A DNA stretch of 64,000 bases from Eledone cirrhosa (Eukaryota): NCBI GenBank assembly GCA_964016885.1, contig OZ024741.1, positions 137,206,001 to 137,270,000 of the forward strand, written 5' to 3'. Below, one piece after another: positions 42,981 to 55,884 of the stretch (position 1 is its first letter; each line of letters starts with the position of its first letter). The translations under genes were made by a program, and so were the position numbers. The notes under the pieces were generated by a model. That model was not told where the DNA came from. It saw only the letters and a program-made list of their open reading frames with translations, and ran no database searches.

Positions 42981-45930
42981 CACCCCGCGAGCATCAACCA
43001 GAGGCCTGGGGTGGGTGATGGTTCATTATGACACATCTTTTAGCTCCATAGATAACTGATTGTTACAGAATATATAATGGATAAAGTGCACCCCTTTGTC
43101 CATGGATCTTTGTAGATCTCTGCGAGGAAGAGTTGTATCAGTTAGTATGCAACAGTTTGCAGCTGAACAATGTAGGCAACTGGATAATCGAAAGACAGCC
43201 CGTTACTATTACCAAATTGTTTACCAGTTCACCAAACTGCATCAAAAGGATGTTTCACCTATGTCCGATTTGAACCCGAATCTGTCTATAACATTGAATG
43301 GATTTGTATCTCTTCTAGACAGGTATCAGGGGCATGGTTGATATATCTAAAGAAGAAGGACAAATTCACTATCAAATGGATGGGTAGCTAGCCAGTCATC
43401 CAACCTATTGTTATTCTTATGTCCAGCCCACGTTCACAGCGAACTCTACAGTGGCGCAATTTAAACCGGAGAGTCCACATAGCACTATCAACACAACGGT
43501 ATTGCATCTAAACTAATGATTTGTATGGTTATGAATGGCTTGAAAATATGAAAGATCCATGAAATGCTACGAGTAAAAAAAAAACATGATAACTATAACT
43601 TTTCGAAAAAAGAAAAAGATATTTATACTGCTGGCCTGATTGTAGAAACCGATAAAAGAAAAATATAAAAAATATAAATATAAAATATGAATTTGAATTT
43701 TAAAAGGAATAAATTTCAAATATCTATCAAAGATTATACAAAATGATTGATACAAGTCAAAAAGTAATGCAAACTCGTAAAAATATTTTTTTTTATTATG
43801 GCGTTTTTTTTATCATAAGTCCGTATTCATAAGATTAAAGCTTCTTAGAATAATCCTTGGAACGCATTTCAATTTTCATATTTCCCAGTATCTACAAGCA
43901 TATTTCTGTCGTACTAGTTCTACCTGGTACTTGTATTTATTTAAATTGTTTTCTATTTGAATTTCTTGAGTAGAACCGGATGCAGTTAGGTAAATATATG
44001 TTATATATTTATTTAATTTTCTGCTGCATTAATATAACTTCAACTTGCGTATGTATAAATCTACGTAAATTGTCTTACTTTCCCTTTATCCCTATACCCA
44101 GAGCTATCACCTGGGTATTTGGTGCCCTAAGCTAGCTTTACAATGCTCTCCCCATTCTCCCAAATAAAATAATTTCAACTTACAATTTAGTAGCTTTTGA
44201 CATTTCAACATCTGACTACACTAACTATTACTAAGCTTACATTTCTACTACGACACAGTTCATAGTCACTTATACCAAATCTTTTGACAGGTTTAAAACA
44301 CCATACGACCCTCTCTACCACTTACTACGTGGCAAAAATGTTTTGTGATTTATTTATTGAACGTAGGAAATTATTATTAATTTAATTTAGTTATAAAAAT
44401 TTGTACATTACTCTGATCCTTTAAGGTTCAGTAATGGACTTTTCTAAGGTCTGCCTCATAGACGGTTGTCTAGTTGGCCTAATGGTAAAACCGGTGCTGC
44501 AAAACAAGTTTGTACTCATCCCACAAGTATTGTTTAACCGTTATTTATGTAGTAAAGTGTAATCTGATGACAAAAAAAGAAAAAGATGTTCAGGGAGTTC
44601 CATTATAAACGATGCATGTCTACTCAAAACCCTAGAGTGTAGAAAGAACAAAGAAAGAAACAACTAGTCAATATATATATATACCACTCGACTTCAAATA
44701 TAGTACTTTAATGCTGAGGAGGTTCGAAATGAATCGGGTATTACACATCTGATACCAAACAGCCAAATCGCCCATAATGATAATATGCAAGAAATTTTGA
44801 TATGTTTCAGATAACGAAATAATGAGTTAATAATATTACAAAATCTCTCCAGATTCTTGATTGTTTACACAATTATTTGAAAGCCATAGGCAATATCTTT
44901 CATTAAATGTATGGCAACGAATAAGTGAAAGTATTTATATATATCTAAAATCAAACTTTCGTAATTTTATGTAAAAACATTTGGTAAGTTAGGCTCAAAT
45001 TGTCAGATGAATAATGGAAAATTAGTTATATTACTATTTTCCACAAAATTCATTATCGTTTTCTAAATGATTTGAAAACCATACGCAGATTTTTCATAAG
45101 AAATATTGCAAGGATAGGGTTAAGTTATTGTCCTACAAAGCACAAACTTTTAAATTAGATTAGATCCAATACCAATAATTCTAATGACATTTAGTCATTA
45201 CAAAAATTCTCTATGAAAATACTTCCGGTCTAGAGTCGACGGTAATTAGAATATAAAGACTTGAACAGTCATTATATACGTAGCTTGGTAATAATTAGTG
45301 ACATATTTGCAATGAAGAATAGGCGAAGACCTCCCACCTGTTGCCGTTCATTTTTACATAACAACAAATAGGAGCATCAGGAAACTGCCATGCTAACTAC
45401 AATTCAATTATCCATGATTGTTTTAGGAAAGACTGTAAATGGAAATTACAAAATACACGAGTGAAAACTAGAGTAAAGTAAAATAAGAGAAACAAATTAA
45501 AACTCGTGGTTATGATTGTTTTGGGAAAAACAGTACAATGCAAATTAGAAACGAGAGTAAAGCTAGAAAATAAAAACAATTTACACGTTTACATAACATT
45601 TCATGATATTTCGAGGTTACTGGTCAGTAGAACACTGCTCAATATCGCCAACAACACACCCCATTCCTTTCTTTGGAAATATCATGGAATATAAGGTATG
45701 AGTTTGTGTAAACTTATGTTTTTGTTGTTGCTCTCTCTTTGCAATATTCCAGTTTTCGTTTTTGTATTTCTAATTCGCATAGTAACAGCTTCCCACAACA
45801 TTAATAACTAAACATCTCACTTTGTTTCATATAAACTATTGTTTATATAGCATTGAGTTAATAAAAATTGAATTTGTATCTTATCGCTCTGCCTTGAACA
45901 ATAGATGTTGGAAATACTTTCATATAGAGG

Positions 45931-46037
<107 letters not shown>

Positions 46038-46701
46038 GTATATATATATATTTTCCAATATATATATATATATATAATATACTAAGCCTCCAATTATATT
46101 ATTTTCTCCTAGATTTAATAATTAACTAATTAATTTAATTAGACAATTCTGTTGATTGGTTAATTATTTGTGTTTGTTTAATAACATCTGGTTGAGACCT
46201 TATTCTGAATGTTAGCGGAAATTATAATATTTCCTTTGTCTAACACTTTGATTGACCCGCCAAAAAACGGGAGGTTATTTCCCTTGTTGGAAATAACACG
46301 TGACAACTAAATGTTCGAATTCGCTGTTGTTAGCGGCACCATTCAGTGTTTCGCCCCGTTCTTTGGTAGAACGAAATTCCTGTTGATAAAATGAATCCTT
46401 TGTTCGATCATGAATACCACGAGCTTGCCAGTTACGTATGTCTGATATTTGATTTCGGATTCATAGAAACACTTTAACGTATAATGTTTGATTTGTCCAG
46501 GTGTATTTTTTCAACCTGTTAGTTCTTTCGTTACTTTGTTAGATTTTGCCGACCACAATGTTCAATTTGTCAATCTATTTAAACGTATGTTGTTACTCTG
46601 AGGACCTACTCTGTCGAGTGCTTTGCTAACTCATTCAATTCATATCGTAGGTCGAATTTGCTTGCACACCGCGAATGATTCGATTTTACTAAGCCTCCAA
46701 T

Positions 46702-46747
<46 letters not shown>

Positions 46748-46792
46748 TATATATATATATAAATTATATATATATATAAATTATATATATAT

Positions 46793-46837
<45 letters not shown>

Positions 46838-46841
<4 letters not shown>

Positions 46842-47052
46842 AAATGTGTGAAATCCTTGGTACAGTTAGGTATATTTGAAAAAAGGAAAAGAATGACTTC
46901 ACTTGTAGTGTTAAAACATTTTGATTTAATTTTATAATATAATATTATGAGTTGGTAGATCTACCAACTCATAATATTATAATATAATAAAATTAAATCA
47001 AAATTTGTTAACACTTCAAGTGAAGTCATTATTTTCCTTTTTGTCAAATATA
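46838..47052. repeat. TA-flanked fold-back element (related arm from 63418)
   Basis: Palindrome centred on GTAGATCTAC near 46960, plus a ~30-nt tail. Confidence 0.7.
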
Positions 47053-47261
47053 TATATATATATGAATAAATTTAGAGCAAGAAGACAGGACTGTCCGTCA
47101 TCAGTGATCTTCCAGCCATCATCAGTATTTCTTCGCATTAAAGACCATATACCTCAGGCTGGTGCGAGCAATAACTAAAAAAAGTTATTGGGAGAAGGAG
47201 AATTGGGTGTAGAAAGCGAGACATGTAAACAAACAGAGATGGTAATAGCAACGGAAAGAGA

Positions 47262-47644
47262 GGAAGATGAGAAACAAGTCCATGATATCTGTGAACTTAA
47301 GTTCGATCAAATCGTAGCACGCCATTTTTCATTTATATTTTTCCCTTCGCTGTGACTAGTCTGTTTCTTTCTTACTGCAATCCTCTTTCTCTCTCCTTTT
47401 TCTCTTACCTTCATTCACCCCCTCATTCACCCCCTCTGCCAGTCACCCTCTCTCGGCTGGCCTCTTCCCCACACTTTCACTCACTCACTCTCTGCTACTC
47501 CCCCTCTCTCACTTCCTCCCGTCTGACCTGTGTGAAATCCTTTCTCGCTCACATTTCACAGGGTCTGGACGTGTCTTTCTCTTCTCGTCCACGATTTGAT
47601 CGAACTTAAGTTCACAGATATCACGGACTTGTTTCTCATCTTCC
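47262..47644. repeat. 54-bp inverted repeats around a pyrimidine-rich spacer (MITE-like)
   Basis: GGAAGATGAGAAACAAGTCC..AAATCGT and its reverse complement. Confidence 0.6.
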
Positions 47645-48077
47645 AATTTTGGACCTTCAAACTTACAGGGTCGATACAATAAAGTACCAGTAATGCACTG
47701 GGTAATTGCTGGCCTTGTGCCAAAAAGAGAAACAATTATTATGTTTATGTATAAAACTTTAAAACTATACATAAAACTTTAAATTAAACAGTTTTATATT
47801 AGATGACAAGCTGCAGGTATAGGCGATTTGGTATCGAAATCCTTCTAGAACTTAAAAACACATTTTTCTAATGAAGTAATCAAATCTCTGTATCTCTTGT
47901 CACTACTCACAGGCTTACACAAATGGTCCTGAAATTCACTATCACTAATCTTCTGATTTGTCATAGACTATGATTTACCCACCAACAGAACAGCATCAGT
48001 AAATATTACTAGCCGCCATGCAACGTCACACAGAACTAAACTACTAACAAAACAACAAATAAAATAGATTTTAGCCA

Positions 48078-48230
48078 TAATAATTGTTTCTACTTTTGGC
48101 ACAAGCAATTATCCCAGTTCATTATTGGTACTTTATTTTATCGACCTCGTAATGGACAGGCAAAGTTAACCTCGGCGGGATTTGAACTCAAACCGTAAAG
48201 GACCATAACTCTATGCTGCAACGCACGTCA
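48078..48230 (-). mobile_element. SINE family A
   Basis: Reverse-complement body and tail. Confidence 0.7.
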
Positions 48231-48517
48231 TAGACAACATCGGTGGTGTGAAGAGGGGAGATAATATATATAAAAGAATATGCAGCAATATTTGTAGGTG
48301 TAAGAAAGAAATTATTTCTGTTCATACATGGGGAAAAAAGGTCTACCTACTCGTATAAGAGTCAGAAGATAGGTTACAATTTTCATCCCTCTTATGTTCT
48401 GGAGATATGGTCAATATTGGACCTTCACACTTTAGTTAGCGCTTTTGTTCCGTGTATGAACATATTTAAATAATATAATATAATATATATATATATATAT
48501 ATATAGGAAAAAGTATG

Positions 48518-48613
48518 ACCCCGACGGCGGAGCTCAAGCAGTTTCGACCGCTATTTCTGGACTAAATTAGAATTTTTAGCCTGGTGAATAAATAGCCGAA
48601 CTTTTCAAGGGGT
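48518..48613 (-). ncRNA. Type I hammerhead, U3-A8 core, extended stem II (mirror at 51302-51397 has GUC changed to GCC)
   Basis: ACCCC UUGAAAA G..GCUAUUU..AAAUAGC..C GAAAC(U/G)GC..GCC GUC|GGGGU. Confidence 0.75.
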
Positions 48614-49193
48614 ACTTCCTTATATGGGAAGATTGTAGTTGTCAAGAGGATTGGTTAAAATTTGTTGTAAACACAAATAAGTCTATCATGGCATTTGGTG
48701 GGAGGTAGGGGTGGCTGAACTTGCCTGTAGAATAATAGGGGAGTGAGTGGAGCGGTCAAACATTGAAAGTGATATGTATACATCAGATTCTAAGGATAGT
48801 GTATGAAGTGGGGGAGGGAGGTTATAGAATAGGTAAATCGAATGAGAGTAGGAGACAAAAGAAATAAAAATAAAAAAAAGAAAAAAAATATATAAAATTA
48901 GATAGTGAGAAATGAATAAAGATATCACAATGCTATCCTACAATTACAGGTTAATAAGTTGAGAATAGAAAAAAACTTATAGAAATTACGAAACAGATAC
49001 AAACTTAAAGGGGTTTTTAACACATAGTAGTTAGTAAAACGTATTCGGCCAATTCTATCTTAAAATAACAGGGGTGGGGGAACTGATGCTACAAGGCCCG
49101 ATGGGCTGCATCGGGGTAGGCGAAAGGGGAAAGCAAACGAGGAAGAAAATAGGTGGTGGAAGGAAGTAATAGGATGAGATATGGTTCAGGAAT

Positions 49194-50600
49194 ATGGAGG
49201 TGAAACGAGACACAAAATTCATCCAGTTTGACATCATAGAGAGTTACTATGCATCTATTACCTTACCGCTCCTTACGGCCGCATTGGACTTTGCCGAAAC
49301 ACTCACGCCCATCACTGACCAGGAAAGAAATATCATTCTCCACGCCAGGAAGACAATCCTACTCTTCGACAACTCCAAGTGGATAAAGAGAGCGCCAGAC
49401 TCCCCCTTCGACATCAGTATGGGCGCGACGGATTCGGCCGAGGTCACAGATCTTATAGGATTATTCCTACTATTTAAACTCACCGAAATGTTTCCTGCAT
49501 TCGGCGGTGGATTGTACCGGGATGATGGGCTCCTCACCCTCAAAGGGTACAACCCCTGTAGTACAGACCGGGTCCGTAAACAACTAATCAACTTCTTCCG
49601 AGACTGGGGATTTAAAATCACCCTACAAACGTCCCTAACCCGAGTCAATTTCCTGGACGTTACCCTTAACCTCGAAAATGATTTGTACTACCCATACAGG
49701 AAACCAAACGACAACCTGCACTACATCCACCGCCGCTCTAACCATCATAGAAACATCACCAATAACCTGGTTAAAACATCTCCCTCCGCATATCTGGTTT
49801 GTCCGCTAATGAGCAGATATTTGACGAACACGCGCCTCATTACAACCAGGCCCTCAAGCGGAGTGGCTTCCCGGAGGAAATATCCTTTTATCCAGCTTCC
49901 CTTAACGGAACCAGCAGGCGACACCGCCGCTAACGCAACGTAACGTGGTTCAATCCTCCCCACAATGCCGAGGTGGCAACACCTATCGGGAAAATCTTCT
50001 TTAGACTCCTCGAAAAACATTTCCCACAACAACACCGCTACCACAACATAATCAACAAAAACACCATCAAACTCTCCTTCAGCACCACACCCAACTTCGC
50101 ACAAAACATCGTCTCCTCAAACAACAAAAAACTCAACCCCCATGGAAGAAATAACCTAGACATCAGTGGAGAGCCGACCAGGAGGTGTAACTGCCCTGAT
50201 AGATCCACGTGCCCCCTCAACAACAAATGCCGAGAACGTAACGTGATCTACCAGTGCAACGTGAGGGCGGACACCTCCAACAAAGCTTATATAGGATAAC
50301 CGCGTGTGACTTCAAGACCCGGCTCTACCAACACCGACACACTTTCCGAAACCCGGTTCGGCGACATGCCACTACACTTTCGGGCCACATCTGGGACCTC
50401 CAAGATAACAATATAACCTACATCTCACTTGGAGCTTACTGTCTAGAGCTAACTCTTACACGGGAGGACGCCGTCCGTGTAATTTATGCTCGGAGGAAAC
50501 ATTACAAATACTGTTTTCGAAGGACCAACTCCTAAACAAGAAAGATGAACTGGTAACCGCATGCAAACACAGATTGCGTAGGACTTACCTCGCCCTCAAA
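49194..50600 (+). pseudogene. PLE reverse transcriptase-GIY-YIG polyprotein (frameshifted, 5'-truncated)
   Basis: FIQFDI, MGATDSAEV, LYRDDGL, VNFLDVTL, YIHRRSNH; CNC..CPL..C, VIYQC..AYIG, FKTRLYQH. Confidence 0.9.
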
Positions 50601-51519
50601 CCCTATAACGACCCGGGTGGGTAGACAAGGGCTGATACCCCCCCCCCACTTGCCGAATAAGTTAGGGGAAATCCCAGCTTACATAGGTAAATGTATCTCT
50701 TTTCTTTTCCTCTTTGTCTCCTTCCCCCTGTCTCATCCTATCACTTCCTTCCACCCCCTATTTTCTTCCTCGTCTGCTTTCCCATTTCGCCTACCCCGAT
50801 GCAGCCCATCGGGCCTTGTAGCATCAGTTCCCCAACCCCTGTTATTTTAAGATAGAATTGGCCGAATACGTTTTACTAACTACTTATAGCAGATGTGTTA
50901 AAAACCCCTTTAAGTTTGTATCTGTTTTGTAATTTCTATAAGTTTTTTCTATTCTCAACTTATTAACCTGTAATTGTAAGATAGCATGTTGATTTCTTTA
51001 TTCATTTCTCACTATCTAATTTTATATATTTTTATTTTTTTTATTTTTATTTCTTTTGTCTCCTACTCTCATTCGATTTACCTATTCTATAACCTCCCTC
51101 CCCCACTTCATACACTATCCTTTGAATCTGATGTATACATATCACTTTCAATGCTTGACCGCTCCACTCACTCCCCTATTGTTCTACAGGCAAGTTCAGC
51201 CACCCCTACCTCCCACCAAATGCCATGATAGACTTATTTGTGTTTACAACAAATTTTATCCAATCCTCTTGACAACTACAATCTTCCCATATAAGAAAGT
51301 ACCCCCTTGAAAAGTTCGGCTATTTATTCACCAGGCTAAAAATTCTAATTTAGTCCAGAAATAGCGGTCGAAACGGCTTGAGCTCTGCCGCCGGGGTCAT
51401 ACTTTTTCCTATTTCCCACTCTACTACCCTAAGTATTGAGTACTCTGGTGCGTTATGGTCCATCTGGTTCCTTACCACAATTCCTTTGTTATATATATAA
51501 ATATACATATATGTATATA

Positions 51520-51891
51520 AAAGAAATAAGATTTCGCTTCAAGCATAGCTTTATACAATATGTATAGAAATTTCGTATTTAGAAAGAAATACGGTTTTAG
51601 AAAGCCATAGCTATGTAAACACCAGTGGGGCTAACGCACTCTGGTGTTTTCCAACAGAAGCAAGGGGGATAACCGTTTATGCATTTCAGGCTTAACTGGC
51701 CTTTGTCAGGACGATCCCTCCCACCGCTTGCGACTGCTAGACTAGAAGACAGCCGAGAATATAATGTTTTCTCGTCTGTGTAAATGAGGTGATTAATCTC
51801 ATTTGCATATGAAGCTGCATAAGTTGGCTCAACTTATAATAGAAAAGAAATAAGATTTCGGTGCAAGTGAGATTAATCACCTCATTTACAC
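51520..51891 (-). mobile_element. Monomer of the 322-bp hammerhead unit with short terminal redundancy
   Basis: Homologous to 55880-56200; hammerhead at 51673-51714 with mutated core CUGACAA. Confidence 0.8.
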
Positions 51892-53084
51892 TTTCAAGTA
51901 ATGAAAGCGTTAAAGTTCACAGCAGAAGATCTATTTCTAATCTAAAATGTTAATATAAAACTCTTTAATTTAAAGTTTTATATTTTTATTTTATTTAAAC
52001 ATCTTCCTTTATGATTATATTTAAGAATCGTTGTTAAGTTATGTTCCAAACACCAGCTTAATAATGAGAAAGTTAATTATATCACTGTATGCCTCCAAAT
52101 ACTCGATAACTTTCAAAATTATTTGATACTCATAAACATAATAATGAAAGCATTAAAGTTTCACAGCAGAAGATCAATTTCTAATCTAAAATGTTAAGGG
52201 GGTAGTAAATTAAGAATTTTCACTTTATATACAGTTAATTCTGGTTCTAGACATCTGGTATTGATATTAAATTAGTGTACAACTAGTCACTTCTTACCAT
52301 TGAATAATAACGAGAAGAAAGTCATTATAAATCGTTTAAATTGACTCTTTATTAGAAATAATAGGAGCTAATTATGCATGGAAATGCAGGCAAATGGAAT
52401 GTAAAAATTAATTCGATGGTTTTGAGCTCATAAGTTATTACATTTTAAATTGTTGTATTTATATAATCTGTTGAATTCTCAACGTCTCTCTGGTCATCAG
52501 ATCCACAAAAGAACCATAAATATAATCACGCTACTTTTTATTCTTTAGTTCGTTTTTATATTCTATATTTAATTTTCTTCTTTGGGTGCAGGGTTTCTTT
52601 AGCAATTGAGCATAAAAAGTTTGGAGATCTTTCACTTCAATGGCAAAAATAAAGTATCGTAAAATCATAAAAACGAGAACAAAATTCTTACAGATGGCGT
52701 CGCCATTACGCATTATATATAAATATATATATTTATATTTTATGTTGCTGTTTTATAATAATCCTACGCACATGAACGAGCAGAGAATTTTTGAAAATTG
52801 GAGATATTTAGCAAGATTTCAGTGAAAAACCTGCGGTAATATGAGATTTCGTAACTGACACAGAAGTGTTTTATAACTTAGAATTATGTCGATTTATGTT
52901 TTTATTTCAGTCGAGTAAATCCAGCCATTAATGTTGTCTGATTTATGCAGAATTGATGCTGAAATCGATAAGTTTGCAAATAGAGGCCATAGAAACTGAA
53001 CAATAACAGCAATCTCGGACAATTCTCTTTTATAACACGAGAATGATTTACTGGCTCATTTTCTCTCTCACCTTCTCTCGCTGT

Positions 53085-53142
<58 letters not shown>

Positions 53143-53144
53143 AT

Positions 53145-53211
<67 letters not shown>

Positions 53212-53218
53212 ATACGTA

Positions 53219-53269
<51 letters not shown>

Positions 53270-53352
53270 TGTATATCATACGTATCTTTGTGCATAGTTG
53301 GCGTGGTGCACACGCGTATATATATATGTATATATATATGTATGCACATATA

Positions 53353-53432
<80 letters not shown>

Positions 53433-53465
53433 GTATCTGTGAACATAGCCCGGGTGCATATACGA

Positions 53466-53568
<103 letters not shown>

Positions 53569-54006
53569 TGCGTGGCTAGGGTGGTGCAGGTGTTGTGTGT
53601 ATGTACTTATTTGTATGTACATTATGTACATATTCATGTGTATGTGTGAAAACGTGTGTGTGTGTGTGATGTCGCAGCAGCTGAAATATTCAGATTAGAA
53701 AGGCTGGAAGTGAATGCGGACTATTACAGCTGTTGACAGGCCAGCTTATCCACATATATGAAACTTTAGTTGAATTATACGAAAGATTATGTAACCGGAG
53801 CCGACAACACGGAGATTTCTACTTTTAGCACATTATTCCAAATACTCTCGATTGATAAACAATAATTTTAGCAGCCATGTATCCTACAGAACGGTTGAGC
53901 TCTTGCCGTTTCATCAGTTAGTATATATATATTGAAAATTGCAAACTCGACTGTCACCACATATCATGAACCTGAAGATTGCAAACTCGACTGTCACCAC
54001 ATATCA

Positions 54007-54045
54007 TGAACCTGAAGATTGCGAAAGCATGAAAGTACTTGTTCA
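54007..54045 (+). ncRNA. Minimal type I hammerhead ribozyme
   Basis: UGAAC CUGAAGA UUGC-GAAA-GCAU GAAA GUA CUU|GUUCA; preceded by a 40-bp tandem duplication. Confidence 0.75.
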
Positions 54046-54420
54046 ATTAACACTTAGAATTTAATATTCTATCATACTATTTCATTATAATACCATTATA
54101 TATATTTTAAAGGATTGTAAATAAAACGAGTAAATCAGACAAAGTTGGAATTCCTCTTATTAATATAATCTTCTATACACAATCATACACACCCGTGTAT
54201 ATTTACCTATATATATATATGTAGATAAATCTACCAAAATATACGGTAGTGTCCAATCCGTATGAAGAACTCAATGTAATCCAAATATCATGAAAAGAGA
54301 AGATGTATTCAAATTTTTTTTTTATGAAAAACAGGAAAACAGAGTCAAGATAAATTAATAAAAACAATGAATAAAAACAAAGAAACAGTTCCTTATATTA
54401 AACAAAAATAAAAAAAATTA

Positions 54421-54552
54421 TTATTTCTGAAGATAGCATATATATGTGTAGGTATGTATATTCCCTCTGATAGTTTGTAAAACTTTTACATAGATCTATA
54501 TGATATACATACCAACACACACATATATATCCTAGAAACGATCGTAAAATGA
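54421..54552 (+). ncRNA. Type I hammerhead ribozyme with ~100-nt stem II
   Basis: UUAUUU CUGAAGA UAG..CUA GAAAC GAUC GUA|AAAUGA; lies between inverted repeats 54351-54400 / 54562-54611. Confidence 0.75.
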
Positions 54553-54606
54553 TTAATTTCTTAATATAAGGAACTGTTTCTTTGTTTTTATTCATTGTTT
54601 TTATTA

Positions 54607-54661
<55 letters not shown>

Positions 54662-54668
54662 CATATAA

Positions 54669-54726
<58 letters not shown>

Positions 54727-54845
54727 TAGGTAACAAAACAAGCAATCTATGCACACGCAGAGTATATATATTTAAAACACCATGAAGTTTCATTAAAATG
54801 TTTTACATATTTATTGTGTATCGATCTGTAAACGAAACGTCATAG

Positions 54846-54887
<42 letters not shown>

Positions 54888-55129
54888 AACGATCGACTTT
54901 CGTCAAATCGGACCGAGGGAACAATGTTTCCGTTGGTCTTTCCAATTGCTAATACTATCTATCGGTCGCAACTCCAGGTAGAAGGAGCAACGTGAAATAA
55001 AGTGTCTTGCTCAAGGAATAACGCATCACCTGGTCCAGGAATCGAACTCACAACCTTACGATTGCGAATCCAATTCTCTAACCACTCAGCCACACGCCTT
55101 CACTATAATATATATATATGTACAAGTGA

Positions 55130-55843
55130 TAGCACAACAGTTAGTTCACCATACCGAGAACAATTGTTTTACCTTAGCGGATCCTCAGCTCGTAGTGGTC
55201 ATGGTTATATGGAATAGGAAGGACAACCGTATGAACGCACATGCGCAGAAACGGTCACTTCACCCAAGCGATACAATGCCACGGGCGAAAGGTGTAAGGG
55301 AAGTAACTGCGGATGTCCGAAAAGTAGTTCGAGTTGATAAGAAAATTAGAACGGTGTTGTTATTCCATCCGGAGCTTTGTAGTTATGTAAGAGGTGTTTC
55401 CAGACATGTGGACGTGAAGATTTCATTTCTTGAATTTAGGCAATCGCTATTGCGTAATCTCCTTAGAATATTTATCCGTTCATCAATACACAGTCCACAT
55501 GACTTGGACTTAGTGATGGCTTTCCATTGAATGGAGTAGTCTATACTAGAGTCCTTGAGGGATACGTGGCTCGCGAGTTTCGTGGATGATCGTTTGTCCG
55601 GGTACCTAAAGGTCGACTGATGGTTCAGAAAGCTTTCCTTAAATCGGTCCTCTGGCATACCCACATAGGATTTGACCTCCTGTGGTTGATTTGGTCGGTT
55701 GGAAGTGACGAAAGCTTCATAAACTACAGCGGGTGTGTTGCATTGCTGTTGAAGGGGATAAGCTTCAGGCTTTCGGCAAGAGCTCCCTGGTAGGGTGCTC
55801 CTACGCTAAGAATATGAAGGCCCACATCACTAACAGCCCTAAG

Positions 55844-55845
<2 letters not shown>
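55130..55845 (-). mobile_element. PLE GIY-YIG fragment
   Basis: YVGM..FKE..NHQSTF..STKLASHV..CGLCIDERINIL..LNSRNEIF in ORF 55383-55664. Confidence 0.75.

Positions 55846-55879
<34 letters not shown>

Positions 55880-55884
<5 letters not shown>

Larger units (their letters stand above)
48505..51490 (+). mobile_element. Penelope-like element with inverted 5' pLTR, RT and GIY-YIG remnants
   Basis: 48505-49180 is inverted relative to 50730-51411; ORF remnants between; TA flanks. Confidence 0.92.
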
